NCBI RefSeq assembly: GCF_001677475.2 | Contig: NZ_CP015229.1 | From: Escherichia coli | GTDB lineage: Bacteria; Pseudomonadota; Gammaproteobacteria; Enterobacterales; Enterobacteriaceae | Strand: one strand, 5' to 3' | Length of the DNA: 64,000 bases | In this document: one piece after another, positions 38,269 through 52,114 of the stretch | How positions within the stretch are numbered: position 1 is the stretch's first letter | Layout of the letters: every line of letters begins with the position of its first letter | The notes under the pieces: generated by a model | Databases searched by the model: none | What the model was told of the DNA's origin: nothing | Seen by the model: the letters and a program-made list of their open reading frames with translations, nothing else | Made by a program: the position numbers and the translations under genes

Positions 38269-39336
38269 ATGTTTGTGAAGCTCTTACGTTCCGTTGCGAT
38301 TGGATTAATTGTCGGCGCTATTCTGCTGGTTGCCATGCCTTCGCTGCGCAGCCTTAACCCGCTTTCCACTCCGCAATTTGACAGTACCGATGAGACGCCT
38401 GCCAGCTATAATCTGGCGGTTCGCCGCGCCGCGCCAGCGGTGGTTAACGTTTACAACCGTGGTTTGAACACCAACTCTCACAACCAGCTTGAGATCCGCA
38501 CCCTGGGATCCGGTGTAATCATGGATCAACGCGGTTATATCATCACCAATAAACACGTCATCAACGACGCCGATCAGATCATCGTCGCCTTACAGGATGG
38601 ACGTGTATTTGAAGCATTGCTGGTGGGATCTGACTCTCTAACCGATCTGGCGGTACTTAAAATTAATGCCACTGGCGGTTTACCTACCATTCCGATCAAT
38701 GCACGTCGCGTACCGCACATTGGCGACGTAGTACTGGCGATCGGTAACCCGTACAACCTCGGGCAGACCATTACCCAGGGGATTATTAGTGCTACGGGTC
38801 GAATCGGTCTGAACCCGACCGGGCGGCAAAACTTCCTGCAAACCGATGCTTCCATTAACCACGGTAACTCTGGCGGCGCGCTGGTGAACTCGCTGGGAGA
38901 ACTGATGGGCATTAATACGCTGTCGTTTGATAAGAGTAACGATGGCGAAACGCCGGAAGGTATCGGCTTTGCGATTCCTTTCCAGTTAGCAACCAAAATT
39001 ATGGATAAGCTGATCCGCGATGGTCGCGTGATCCGCGGCTACATTGGTATCGGCGGACGTGAGATCGCACCACTGCACGCGCAGGGCGGTGGTATAGATC
39101 AACTGCAAGGGATCGTGGTTAATGAAGTGTCACCTGACGGCCCGGCGGCGAATGCGGGTATTCAGGTCAACGATCTGATTATTTCGGTGGATAACAAACC
39201 GGCCATCTCTGCTCTGGAGACGATGGATCAGGTGGCGGAAATTCGCCCTGGTTCGGTGATCCCGGTTGTAGTGATGCGTGATGATAAGCAGTTAACGCTG
39301 CAGGTCACCATTCAGGAATATCCGGCAACCAATTAA
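38269..39336 (+). CDS. degS: DegS, sigma-E-activating serine protease
   Basis: ORF track 38269..39336(+), 355 aa; HtrA family with a single PDZ domain. Confidence 0.94.
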   Translation: MFVKLLRSVAIGLIVGAILLVAMPSLRSLNPLSTPQFDSTDETPASYNLAVRRAAPAVVNVYNRGLNTNSHNQLEIRTLGSGVIMDQRGYIITNKHVINDADQIIVALQDGRVFEALLVGSDSLTDLAVLKINATGGLPTIPINARRVPHIGDVVLAIGNPYNLGQTITQGIISATGRIGLNPTGRQNFLQTDASINHGNSGGALVNSLGELMGINTLSFDKSNDGETPEGIGFAIPFQLATKIMDKLIRDGRVIRGYIGIGGREIAPLHAQGGGIDQLQGIVVNEVSPDGPAANAGIQVNDLIISVDNKPAISALETMDQVAEIRPGSVIPVVVMRDDKQLTLQVTIQEYPATN

Positions 39337-39352
39337 GTCGAGTGCTCAAAAC

Positions 39353-39382
39353 AAAAAACCGGAGTCTGTGCTCCGGTTTTTT
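39353..39382. terminator. Bidirectional rho-independent terminator between convergent degS and mdh (approximate coordinates)
   Basis: aaaaaaccggagtctgtgctccggtttttt hairpin flanked by A and T runs. Confidence 0.7.
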
Positions 39383-39398
39383 ATTATCCGCTAATCAA

Positions 39399-40412
<1,014 letters not shown>

Positions 40413-40709
40413 TTACAATGACCACATCTCAAGAATGTGTAGTCACGCAAGTTTAGCGTTTATGCATTTAATTGCCGTAATCAGGAACCTAACTTACGTA
40501 ATTAACAGTCGCTTATGCATTAGCGCAACATTCCAACAGGTGGTGACAATATACCCTACCGTTCAGCCAAAACAACATCAATTTGATAACAATTAATTTA
40601 CTTTTAAGCAGAATTTGCATGCCGTGACGCAGGCATGTTTCTCAATAACGAAATTTGATAAAATCCCGCTCTTTCATAACATTATTTCAGCCTTCTTCAG
40701 GGCTGACTG

Positions 40710-40749
40710 TTTGCATAAAAATTCATCTGTATGCACAATAATGTTGTAT
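40710..40749 (+). promoter_or_regulatory. Tandem ARG boxes (ArgR autoregulatory operator) in the argR promoter (approximate coordinates)
   Basis: tttgcataaaaattcatctgtatgcacaataatgttgtat, about 25 to 60 bp upstream of the argR ATG; matches the ARG box consensus (TGAAT-N4-ATTCA type). Confidence 0.7.
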
Positions 40750-40768
40750 CAACCACCATATCGGGTGA

Positions 40769-41242
<474 letters not shown>

Positions 41243-41606
41243 TCTCTGCCCCGTCGCTTCTGGCGGCGGGGAAAATGTTGCTTATCCCTCTCAACCCCCT
41301 GCTTTCCCCTGCGATTAATTTAACGAATAGTGCGTTTTACTGCGACATGTCATTCACACAATGAATACATACGGTAAAAAAAGCACATTATGCAAAATTC
41401 ATTATCTAATTGAAAATACTAGAATTAAAAATAAATAACCGTGTTTTTAATTCTTTTTTGTTATTAAAATTCACATTTTTAATACTTAGTATCAACTGAA
41501 ACAGTTAGCGTGGTATTAATTAGTTCAATAATTAGTGTATACTTGATTTTGTGATAAGGGTCACGAAACAAAGACCCAGCAAAAAGATTATGTTGAGGTA
41601 AAAATC

Positions 41607-41870
41607 ATGAAAATCAAAACCACTGTTGCTGCATTAAGCGTACTTTCTGTTCTCTCTTTCAGTGCATTCGCTGCCGACTCCATTGATGCTGCACAAGCAC
41701 AAAATCGTGAAGCAATCGGGACCGTATCCGTAAGTGGTGTGGCGTCTTCGCCAATGGATATGCGTGAAATGCTGAACAAAAAAGCAGAAGAGAAAGGCGC
41801 AACGGCCTACCAGATTACGGAAGCTCGTAGCGGTGACACCTGGCACGCTACGGCTGAACTGTACAAATAA
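41607..41870 (+). CDS. yhcN: YhcN, small periplasmic stress-induced protein (DUF1471-like)
   Basis: ORF track 41607..41870(+), 87 aa with signal peptide; AT-rich upstream region. Confidence 0.88.
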   Translation: MKIKTTVAALSVLSVLSFSAFAADSIDAAQAQNREAIGTVSVSGVASSPMDMREMLNKKAEEKGATAYQITEARSGDTWHATAELYK

Positions 41871-41897
41871 ACCCTCATCGTCTTGTCCGACGATATT

Positions 41898-41922
41898 GCC
41901 CCCGGTTCGGGGGCTTTTTTTT
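41898..41922. terminator. Bidirectional terminator between convergent yhcN and yhcO (approximate coordinates)
   Basis: gcccccggttcgggggc hairpin followed by an 8-T run. Confidence 0.7.
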
Positions 41923-41925
41923 GCG

Positions 41926-42198
41926 CTAATGACGAACATTAAAACGCAAATGCCCTTCCAGCTCTTCCTCTGCCTCATCAAACAGCAATATTAACGCACC
42001 AAAACGGCGACGCGTTTTCTCTCCCAGATGAACAAATTCAATCTCAAGTGGTAGCGGCAGGACATCGTTCATTAACACATCCCATAGTGAGTCGAGATCG
42101 CGTACCTTATCTTTCGCCAGACCAAATGTTTGGCTAAAGTCACGATAAAAATCCTCCTGACTCTCAATCTCATCAAAATCAAAGGTATAAATATTCAT
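41926..42198 (-). CDS. yhcO: YhcO, barstar-like small protein
   Basis: ORF track 41926..42198(-), 90 aa. Confidence 0.88.
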   Translation of the reverse strand: MNIYTFDFDEIESQEDFYRDFSQTFGLAKDKVRDLDSLWDVLMNDVLPLPLEIEFVHLGEKTRRRFGALILLFDEAEEELEGHLRFNVRH

Positions 42199-42256
42199 CT
42201 GTTGCCACCGTCACGTTTCGCGGCGAGTTCTGCCGTGCATCGCTAAGTATAGCCAT

Positions 42257-42286
42257 GAAAAAACCGACGCTTTTGGCGTCGGTTTT
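42257..42286 (-). terminator. Rho-independent terminator of the aaeXAB operon (approximate coordinates)
   Basis: aaaaaccgacgcttttggcgtcggtttt hairpin immediately downstream of the aaeB stop on the minus strand. Confidence 0.6.
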
Positions 42287-42289
42287 GAC

Positions 42290-44257
42290 TTAACTATCGG
42301 TCAACGCATGTTGATACTTATGGAGCATCCCCGCCAGCCGATGTACCGGTTCCGTCACCTGCGGTGGCGCTTGCCAGATGCGTAGCTTTTCCTGGTAGAT
42401 TTCCAGTTCTTCCAGCAACTGGCCAAAGTACCGACGACGTTTATCATCGCTACGGGCAGATATCACATGGTCTGCTGTGCGGCGCATTTGTCGGTGAAAC
42501 GCCGATAAATCCTCGTTAACCGGGATCGGCGCATCACGCAGGCGCTGGTGCGCGATAATCATCGTCAGCGCCAGGCGAAATTTCGGCAAATCCCCTGGGA
42601 ACTTATTCATCAGCAAAAACAGCTGCTGATAAAGTGCCGGGAGGTGGTTCTCTTTACGACGTGCCACATTGGTAGTCATCGCGGAAACAGCGGCAGAAAC
42701 AAACTGATTAAGCAGTACACGTCCAGTCCTGTCGCGCGATTTATCCCGCACCAGCAAAATAACGGTGAACGCGAGCACACAGCCGACGATTTGCCCTAAT
42801 GCGCTGTCGAGAAACTGACTGAAATGGAAAGTCATCGGGTTATCCAGCACGATAATATTTATGGTGCTGGCCAGTGCCCCCATCGAGCCCAGTCGCCGTT
42901 TCTGTACTTCTATACCGAGGAAGAATCCCAGCACTGCCAGGCTAATGCACAGCAGCAACATGCTCTGTTGGGTATTAGGGATAATCACCAAAAAGTAGAG
43001 CAGCCCTAACGGCAGCGCGGCCAGCGTCCCGTAGATAAAGTCGATCGCCACCATGCGTGGATTCGGCAAACGCATTGCCAGTGACGTCACTACCGCAATC
43101 ATCACCATTGCACCACTGCCGGAAGTCCAGCCCGTCCACAGCCAGAAAAGCGTGCCCAGAATGCAGGAAAGTGTGGTTCGCCAGAAGTTAACCATCGCAT
43201 GATGACGTTCGGCTGACTCTACTTTGACTTCCGGTTCGCCTTGCAGGATCTCTTCTTCGGTGGCGTTGATTTTTGTGTTACTGATAACGCCGCGCTTGAG
43301 AAGCTGATAACGCGTTGCCGCCGCAACCCAGCTATAAATGGTGACAGGCGTTTCCCGTTCCCCGGTCCAGGCGATCACTCTCCGCAGGCGTTTGAGCTGC
43401 TTGTGGACGTCCTGCGCGGTTTCTACCGGCGTGTCAAAAAATTCGCGGAAAGTATCAGTGATCAATTCCGGGCGCGTATTCTGAATAAGATAAGTTTCGC
43501 AGGATTGGGTAATCAGCGTCAGCGATAGCGTATTGATCGCTTTTAAACGTCGATTGGCCCGCGCCCAGCGGGAAGATTCCATATTCAGGTTGCTGCGCAT
43601 GCCTTGTAGCGCCGTGGTGCGTCGCACCAGGTCGCCCCAGGCTTTATCGACAACTTCACCATCGCCATGCTTGATACAGAGTTGCATTAATTGATATTGC
43701 GCGACGAGCAAACTTTCCAGCTCTCGATCCACTTCTTGTTTGATCGATCGCGGAGAAAAAAGCAAATCAGCCATAATCGCACACACAATACCGATAACGA
43801 TCTCGCTACAACGTTCGACAGCAAACTGCGGCGTAAGCAATGGTTCCGGCTGAATGGTGATCACAATGATCAGCGCGGTATAACCGGCCAGCCCCCACGC
43901 ATACGAGTTTTCTATTCGTACCAGCGAGGATATCCAGGTGCAAAAACCGGCCCAGATACAGCACACCAGAATCATCAATAATGGTGCGCGGATCATCGCA
44001 ATAATGATCACCAGTCCGGCAATACAGCCAATAAATGTGCCGATGATGCGCAAAAAGCCACGATAGCGTATCGCGCCAGAGTACGGTTCACCTCCCGCAG
44101 CAAAGGCCGGACCGGCGGCAACAATCGCCGCTGTCAGTACCGCCCAGCGTGGCGTTTCCAGCTGGAAGTGAAAGCCAACAAACAGCGCCAGTACAATGGC
44201 GGTCGCCAGTTTTACCGCAAAGCGAATATGTTGGTTAGCAATGGAGAAAATACCCAT
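42290..44257 (-). CDS. aaeB: AaeB, p-hydroxybenzoic acid efflux pump subunit
   Basis: ORF track 42290..44257(-), 655 aa, polytopic membrane protein. Confidence 0.94.
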
Positions 44258-44262
44258 CGTGA

Positions 44263-45195
44263 TTAACCAAACTCACGCAGGCGATGGGCCATTTTACGGA
44301 AGAACGAATCCTGGCTTTCGTCGCGATCTTGTTTGCCAGTGACCACCACTGTAGCAGTGGTGCCCGCAGGCCAGATGTTCTCTTGCTGGTTGTCGAGACG
44401 AATACGAACCGGAACACGTTGCGCCAAACGCACCCATTCAAGGTTAGAGTCGATGGTCGCCATCCCTTTGTCGTCACGCGTGCTGCTGGCGTTGGTGACC
44501 CCAGCGGCAACACTATCAACAGTCCCTTTCAGCACTTTGTTACTGCCAAGCGGCGTGATCTCTGCACGATACCCAGGGCGCACCCCTTCCAGCTTAGTTT
44601 CTTCCATATAGGCCAGTACATAGAAAGAGTTCTGTTTCACCAGCGCAACCGCCGTTGATCCACGAGTAATAAACTCACCGGTATAGACGTTGAGGTTGGT
44701 CACCCAGCCATCTGCTGGCGCGCGGATCACCGTGCGTTCAAGATCCAGTTTTGCCAGATCGCGGGTCGCCTGCGCTTTCGCTAACTGATGCAGAACCGTT
44801 TGTAGTACGTTGTTGGCCTGGTCTATCTCTTCGCGAGACATCGCCTGTATGCCGAGACGGTTACGACGTCCGGCCTCCTGTCGTTTTTCCTGTGCCAGCA
44901 CTTGATAATAAGCAACATCGGCTTGCGCTTCCTCGAGCGCCTTTTGATAGCGTGGCTGGTCGATGGTGAACAGTACCTGTCCTTTTTTCACCAGCTGGTT
45001 ATCATGAACATTTACCTGAGTAATGAGTCCGGATACGTCCGGCGCGATCGCAACGACGTCGGCGCTAAAGCGTGCGTCACGCGTCCACGGGGATTCGGTG
45101 TAATAGACCCAGGCATTAAAAATTGCGATGAAGGCCAGAATGACTAATACGACCGTGATGGCCGTACGGGAGAATTTTCTTATTAGTGTTTTCAC
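44263..45195 (-). CDS. aaeA: AaeA, efflux pump membrane fusion subunit
   Basis: ORF track 44263..45195(-), 310 aa. Confidence 0.94.
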
Positions 45196-45202
45196 TTCAA
45201 CC

Positions 45203-45406
45203 TCAAACGAACAGTCGCGATATCAAATAAAACAAGCAGCAATAGAGCGCGGTGTTGAACAACGCCGGATGCCAGACAAAGTCGTAGATACCTGTTGGCA
45301 CAAGTACCCGGCGCACCAGCCAGAAAATCGCCAGTGATAAAAGCAATTCGAAAAATATCGGTGGGAAGGACAGCCCAAACACCACGATAACGGGAAACAG
45401 ACTCAT
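45203..45406 (-). CDS. aaeX: AaeX, small membrane protein
   Basis: ORF track 45203..45475(-) trimmed to [16 protein letters not shown]... (67 aa). Confidence 0.88.
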
Positions 45407-45588
45407 GTTGACCTTGGTTGTATAGAGAGAGCAGGCGTTATTATTTTCAGCATCTGTCGCCGCAGAGAAGGGCATGGAAAGCCGGGCGAGAGCAACATTG
45501 CTGTAGATTGATATTTAATATATTAGCGTAACTGTTATGCTGTTATCTATATTATGTGATCTAAATCACTTTTAAGTCAGAGTGAATA

Positions 45589-46518
45589 ATGGAACGACTA
45601 AAACGCATGTCGGTGTTTGCCAAAGTAGTTGAATTTGGCTCTTTTACCGCCGCCGCCAGACAGTTACAGATGAGCGTTTCGTCCATCAGTCAGACGGTGT
45701 CAAAACTGGAAGATGAGTTGCAGGTAAAGCTGTTAAACCGTAGCACACGCAGCATTGGCCTGACCGAAGCCGGTAGAATTTACTACCAGGGCTGCCGTCG
45801 GATGCTTCATGAAGTGCAGGATGTTCATGAGCAACTGTATGCCTTCAATAACACCCCCATCGGGACGCTACGCATTGGCTGTTCTTCAACTATGGCACAA
45901 AATGTTCTCGCCGGGCTGACAGCCAAAATGCTGAAAGAATACCCAGGTTTGAGCGTCAATCTGGTTACCGGAATTCCTGCCCCCGACCTGATTGCCGACG
46001 GTCTGGATGTGGTGATCCGCGTCGGCGCGTTGCAGGATTCCAGCCTGTTTTCCCGCCGTCTTGGCGCGATGCCAATGGTGGTCTGCGCCGCGAAAAGCTA
46101 TCTCACACAATACGGCATACCGGAAAAACCCGCCGATTTAAGTAGTCATTCATGGCTTGAATACAGCGTACGACCCGACAATGAATTTGAACTGATCGCA
46201 CCGGAAGGGATCTCGACTCGCCTGATCCCGCAAGGGAGATTTGTGACTAATGATCCGATGACGCTGGTGCGCTGGCTAACGGCGGGCGCCGGGATCGCCT
46301 ACGTGCCGCTGATGTGGGTGATCAACGAGATCAATCGCGGGGAGCTGGAGATCCTGCTGCCACGTTACCAGTCAGATCCACGCCCGGTTTATGCGTTATA
46401 TACCGAAAAAGATAAGCTGCCGCTGAAGGTACAAGTCGTGATCAACTCGCTAACGGATTATTTTGTTGAGGTCGGTAAATTGTTTCAGGAGATGCACGGG
46501 CGCGGGAAAGAGAAGTAA
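45589..46518 (+). CDS. aaeR: AaeR, LysR-family activator of aaeXAB
   Basis: ORF track 45589..46518(+), 309 aa; LysR HTH; divergent from aaeX. Confidence 0.93.
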   Translation: MERLKRMSVFAKVVEFGSFTAAARQLQMSVSSISQTVSKLEDELQVKLLNRSTRSIGLTEAGRIYYQGCRRMLHEVQDVHEQLYAFNNTPIGTLRIGCSSTMAQNVLAGLTAKMLKEYPGLSVNLVTGIPAPDLIADGLDVVIRVGALQDSSLFSRRLGAMPMVVCAAKSYLTQYGIPEKPADLSSHSWLEYSVRPDNEFELIAPEGISTRLIPQGRFVTNDPMTLVRWLTAGAGIAYVPLMWVINEINRGELEILLPRYQSDPRPVYALYTEKDKLPLKVQVVINSLTDYFVEVGKLFQEMHGRGKEK

Positions 46519-46560
46519 TTCATATTGTACTGTTACGTTGTACAAACCTGTGCCAACGGG

Positions 46561-46594
46561 TTCCCCTCACCCTAACCCCAGAGGGGCGAGGGGA
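46561..46594. repeat. Imperfect palindromic intergenic repeat (ttcccctcaccc...ggggcgagggga), copy 2
   Basis: Read directly from the aaeR-tldD spacer; related to the element at about 28712. Confidence 0.5.
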
Positions 46595-46645
46595 CCGTTC
46601 GTGCACGTAGAAGGATTAATTATCCTTCTGAAAATACTGAAATTA

Positions 46646-48106
<1,461 letters not shown>

Positions 48107-48135
48107 TTAGTTACTGCAGTAGAGGATTTTTTACG

Positions 48136-48173
48136 GCTGCCGGATGCAGCGTGAACGCCCTATCCGGCCTACG
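48136..48173. repeat. REP element between tldD and yhdP (approximate coordinates)
   Basis: gctgccggatgcagcgtgaacgccctatccggcctacg closely matches the E. coli REP consensus. Confidence 0.7.
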
Positions 48174-48246
48174 GTTATGTTCTGGCTCGTTGGCCTTTGG
48201 CAACGATTATCATATGAGATTGGGGCAATTACGCGCCCTCGTCAAA

Positions 48247-51200
48247 TCATTGCGCTTTTTCTTTACGCGGTTGGCGCAACACTTCGTTGATTTGCGGATC
48301 GTCCAGCGGACCCGAAATGTGATAGCGCAAAATGGAGACTTTGCTCCACAGCGGCCCCAGCACTTTACTGGCGGCAAACACTGCCGCGCCAACAATAGGG
48401 TTAACCGCAAAAGCCGCAGCCACGCCCACCGTCGCAGAAATCTCTGGTGCGACAACCGCTTCCATATTCAGGTCGCGACGTACCAGATTTACCGACCCTT
48501 TCATGGCGATATCCGCTTCCAGGCCATCCACCAGCGTGTCGTCGGTGTGCATAACGCCGTCTTTAATCCACGCGGTGCTGCGAATGGAGTCAAAATAGAA
48601 CCCTTCGCCAAAAGTGTCTCTGAAATCAAAACGCAGCTTACGCATCAGGGCATCTACGCTCAATAAGCGCAGCAATTGCCCGGCATGTCCGGTGCTGATT
48701 TCGGTAATTTCGCCTTTGCCCAGTTGAGTATGAATGATGCCATTCAACGACGCCTCATCCGGCTGCCACGGTGCTTTGCGCCAGTGTAAATCGTAATCCA
48801 CATTAAATGACGACTGGCGTATGGGCGTCGTGACACCAAAAAATTCTGCGGCGGCATCAATTTTCTGCCCGCGCAGTTTTCCTTTCAGCGAGGTACGTTC
48901 ATTCCCCGGATTATTAACCCATTCACCATCGGCAGTAAGCCGCGAGAAACCAGTATCAATCAGTCCATTGGTCAGCGTTAACGTATCGCCAGAAATGGTG
49001 ATATCACTGTCAATGCGACCGAATTTTTGCCCCCAGAACCAGCACTCTGTGCATCGTATTTGTGCGTCCGGCCAGCCACGGAAGTTAATGCGCTCCGTTG
49101 TCGGGAAAGGTGATGACGGCGTTGAATCACCACGAGTTTTCGCCACGCTCGGGTTGTAATAAAGATATTTGATATTCGCCAGCCACGGCGCGTTATTACG
49201 CATCGCTAGCGTGGCGTTGATTTCACGCCCTTGCGCCTCCACCTGGGTGCCATTTGCCGTCGGTTGCGAAACAATACTCAGGTTATTCCATTGCTGATTT
49301 CCCAGTGACAACATAGGCGTACGTAACGTTATGTGTTGTGGGAAACTCGCTGCACCACCGACACTCTCCGCCGCGCCTTTCTGGAACAGGGCCAGCCACT
49401 CGGCACCATTCATCGGCGGCATATTGAGTTCAACGCCACTTTGTTCCGGCAACGGCGGGAGCGTTTTACTGTCTGCCGCCCAAATAGCACGATCGAGCGT
49501 CAGCTTTTGACCAAGCAACCAGCGGCTATTGAAATGGTTATCCGCACCAGCCTGTCCGGTTAACTCAAAGCTGTTGAGATTGCCATCAACCTTAACGTTT
49601 ACCGCTAGTGGTTCACCCGCAGGTTTGGCTAACGGTGAAGGTAAGTGACTGCTCACATTCTTCAGATCGCCGTTCAGCTCTACGTTATAGGTCGCGCCAG
49701 CATGATAAGGCAGATCAATGCCCACTTTACCATCCCACGCCACGCTGCCACTCAATGCTTCGTTCACCGCTTCAGGCAGAACGCCGGTTTTCGCCGGTTG
49801 CCAGTTACCGTTGAGGTTTACCGCTACCTGGTAGGCTTTTGCCCCTTCTTTGGTGGAAAAATCCACGTTCAACGGCTGATTAAACCAGCTTGCTGTCAGT
49901 GGTTCACTTTGCAGATCGCCATTGATAAAGCTGAATTTACCGCTCAAATTTTTCAGGGTGCTGTCGAGTGGTTTGATAAACAGACTGTTATTACGCAGCG
50001 TCACTTCACCTTTCGCGGTTACCAGCTCGCCGTTCAGCGGGATATCAAGATGTAAGCGAGCATTCACATCGCCGTCGAGCTGGAGTTCTTGCAGGGTCGC
50101 ACCCAGAGAATCTTTCAGCGGTGTCTCATCAAAGTAAGGGCCAACGGCTTTACCCGGACCTTTAATGTCAGCGTCAATCAGCAGTTTTTCTTTTGAGTAG
50201 TCAGGGATCACTGCTGTGAGATTACTCGCGCGCACGCCGCCCAGATTAACGCCATCGGTTTTCATCCATAAACCGTCGTTAATAAAGTCCAGTTCAATAT
50301 CAAGGTTAGTTAATGCAGGCCAGTCCGGCTGGAAGGCAAACTTCGCGTTGCGCAGCGGCACCAGCACTTCAAACTGACCTTCGTTGTGTTTATAGGGGAA
50401 GAGTTGCGGATTGCCACCATAAACCAGCGTCGCGTTATCCGCTTCACCGCCCTGAATCGCGCCACTTAAGTAATCAACCAGGTCTTTACCCATCAAGTTT
50501 TCCGGGAAATAGCGCCAGGCTTGTGAACCATCATCGGTACTGATGCCAGCCAGAATACCCAGCCAGGGTTCATCGTTAGCAGGTTGCAGGTAACGAAAAC
50601 CGCCGCGCGCATGGACGGCTTTGGCTTTAACGTCAATATTACGCCCATCCAGCTGGAAACCTTTGTCATTGTTCAGCCAGCTTATAGTTGCCTGGCCGTC
50701 GGCGATTTCCAGTGGCGCACGGAATACCGTTTCGTAAGGCATCTTTGCCTGCTTCATCGACGCAGTAAGCAAACCATTTTCAACGCTGCCGGAAAGCGTC
50801 CCGGAGAAGTGTTCCGCACCCGGTAATAATTTCCATTGCTTCCAGGCCAGATCGCTCCACGATGCCTGAAAACGGGTCTTGTCTGCCGCCTGAAGCGGGA
50901 TATCCAGCGCCAGAGTGTTAATCTTGCCGCTCGGTTGTGTGGAGCGCCAAACATCACCCAGTGCAGGTGAAAGTTTCGCGGCCAGCGGGCGTATGCCCTC
51001 CAGGCCTGCCAGCTCCAGATTACTGGCGCGAATCCGGAGTTCGTCACTGCGTTTATTGTCTTTGCCGCCAACGTCCTGTTCCGGTATCCAGGCCAGCGTC
51101 AATGCTCCGCTCGGCCAGGGTTTGCCGTCCATCGTGATCCGTGTATCGGGAATAGAGAACTGCCAGCCCGGATTTTCACGCGTAATATGCGCGGTCAGAT

Positions 51201-52047
51201 TATCCACCGACAGCGTATGCGTTTGCTTCTCGCCCAACCAGCTGGCACCGCCCTGTTTCAGCCAGACGTCACCGCCGGTTACATCGCCTTTGTCGATCGT
51301 CATCCAGCCTTCAAGGGAGAACTGTGCCGTTTCCAGCGCAATATTGTCCTGCATCCATTTACCGAGCCACGGCTTCAGGTCGATGTCATCCGCCTGGAGC
51401 CAGACGCGACCATTGCTTAACAACCCCTCATCATCGCGCAAATCCATGCGCACCTGCATCACGCCGTGCTGTCCGGTAAGGCTGGAGAGGCTTACCAGAC
51501 CTTCCGCACGGTGTCGACGTGGATCGTTCAGCCAGGTGAGTTGTGGGATCGCCAGCTCGGCGCGCTGACCGGATGGCGTCAGGAAACTGACTTCACTGTC
51601 GCGGAGATCGAAATGGTCAAATTGACGAAGAAACAGATCGCTGATGTGACTGGCTTCCAGACTGTCATCACTACCACCGCTGGTGATAGGAGTGTTGGTG
51701 CGAAAACGCAGCTGCCAGAAAGTGAGGTCGCGAAACTGCCAGCGCATATGTAACAGGCTCTGCCAGACATCCAGCGCCAGAGTAACGCGTTTAACCGAAA
51801 ATTCGCCGCCATCTTTTAGTTCTGCACGGATGTCGTGTGCTTCAAGCGTCGGGCCAAAATTCTGCCAGCTGGCTGAGAGCTGACTGGCTTCTACCGGCAT
51901 GCCAGTCGCGGATTCTATTTTGTTGAGGATTTCCGGACGCCAGGCGTCAAGATGCGGTAAAGCAATACGCAGGCCGCTAACCAGCAGGGCAGCGATCACA
52001 ACGAACGCGGCTCCAGTAAGCAGTAAAATCCCCGGCAATCGCCTCAC
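48247..52047 (-). CDS. yhdP: YhdP, AsmA-like large envelope protein (phospholipid transport)
   Basis: ORF track 48247..52047(-), 1266 aa with N-terminal TM anchor. Confidence 0.94.
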   Translation of the reverse strand: MRRLPGILLLTGAAFVVIAALLVSGLRIALPHLDAWRPEILNKIESATGMPVEASQLSASWQNFGPTLEAHDIRAELKDGGEFSVKRVTLALDVWQSLLHMRWQFRDLTFWQLRFRTNTPITSGGSDDSLEASHISDLFLRQFDHFDLRDSEVSFLTPSGQRAELAIPQLTWLNDPRRHRAEGLVSLSSLTGQHGVMQVRMDLRDDEGLLSNGRVWLQADDIDLKPWLGKWMQDNIALETAQFSLEGWMTIDKGDVTGGDVWLKQGGASWLGEKQTHTLSVDNLTAHITRENPGWQFSIPDTRITMDGKPWPSGALTLAWIPEQDVGGKDNKRSDELRIRASNLELAGLEGIRPLAAKLSPALGDVWRSTQPSGKINTLALDIPLQAADKTRFQASWSDLAWKQWKLLPGAEHFSGTLSGSVENGLLTASMKQAKMPYETVFRAPLEIADGQATISWLNNDKGFQLDGRNIDVKAKAVHARGGFRYLQPANDEPWLGILAGISTDDGSQAWRYFPENLMGKDLVDYLSGAIQGGEADNATLVYGGNPQLFPYKHNEGQFEVLVPLRNAKFAFQPDWPALTNLDIELDFINDGLWMKTDGVNLGGVRASNLTAVIPDYSKEKLLIDADIKGPGKAVGPYFDETPLKDSLGATLQELQLDGDVNARLHLDIPLNGELVTAKGEVTLRNNSLFIKPLDSTLKNLSGKFSFINGDLQSEPLTASWFNQPLNVDFSTKEGAKAYQVAVNLNGNWQPAKTGVLPEAVNEALSGSVAWDGKVGIDLPYHAGATYNVELNGDLKNVSSHLPSPLAKPAGEPLAVNVKVDGNLNSFELTGQAGADNHFNSRWLLGQKLTLDRAIWAADSKTLPPLPEQSGVELNMPPMNGAEWLALFQKGAAESVGGAASFPQHITLRTPMLSLGNQQWNNLSIVSQPTANGTQVEAQGREINATLAMRNNAPWLANIKYLYYNPSVAKTRGDSTPSSPFPTTERINFRGWPDAQIRCTECWFWGQKFGRIDSDITISGDTLTLTNGLIDTGFSRLTADGEWVNNPGNERTSLKGKLRGQKIDAAAEFFGVTTPIRQSSFNVDYDLHWRKAPWQPDEASLNGIIHTQLGKGEITEISTGHAGQLLRLLSVDALMRKLRFDFRDTFGEGFYFDSIRSTAWIKDGVMHTDDTLVDGLEADIAMKGSVNLVRRDLNMEAVVAPEISATVGVAAAFAVNPIVGAAVFAASKVLGPLWSKVSILRYHISGPLDDPQINEVLRQPRKEKAQ

Positions 52048-52114
52048 CCGTCACTCCTTGTCTGCTAAAAATGTGACTCAAAAACCCTTTGCCGGATGGC
52101 GGCCCAGCATCTGT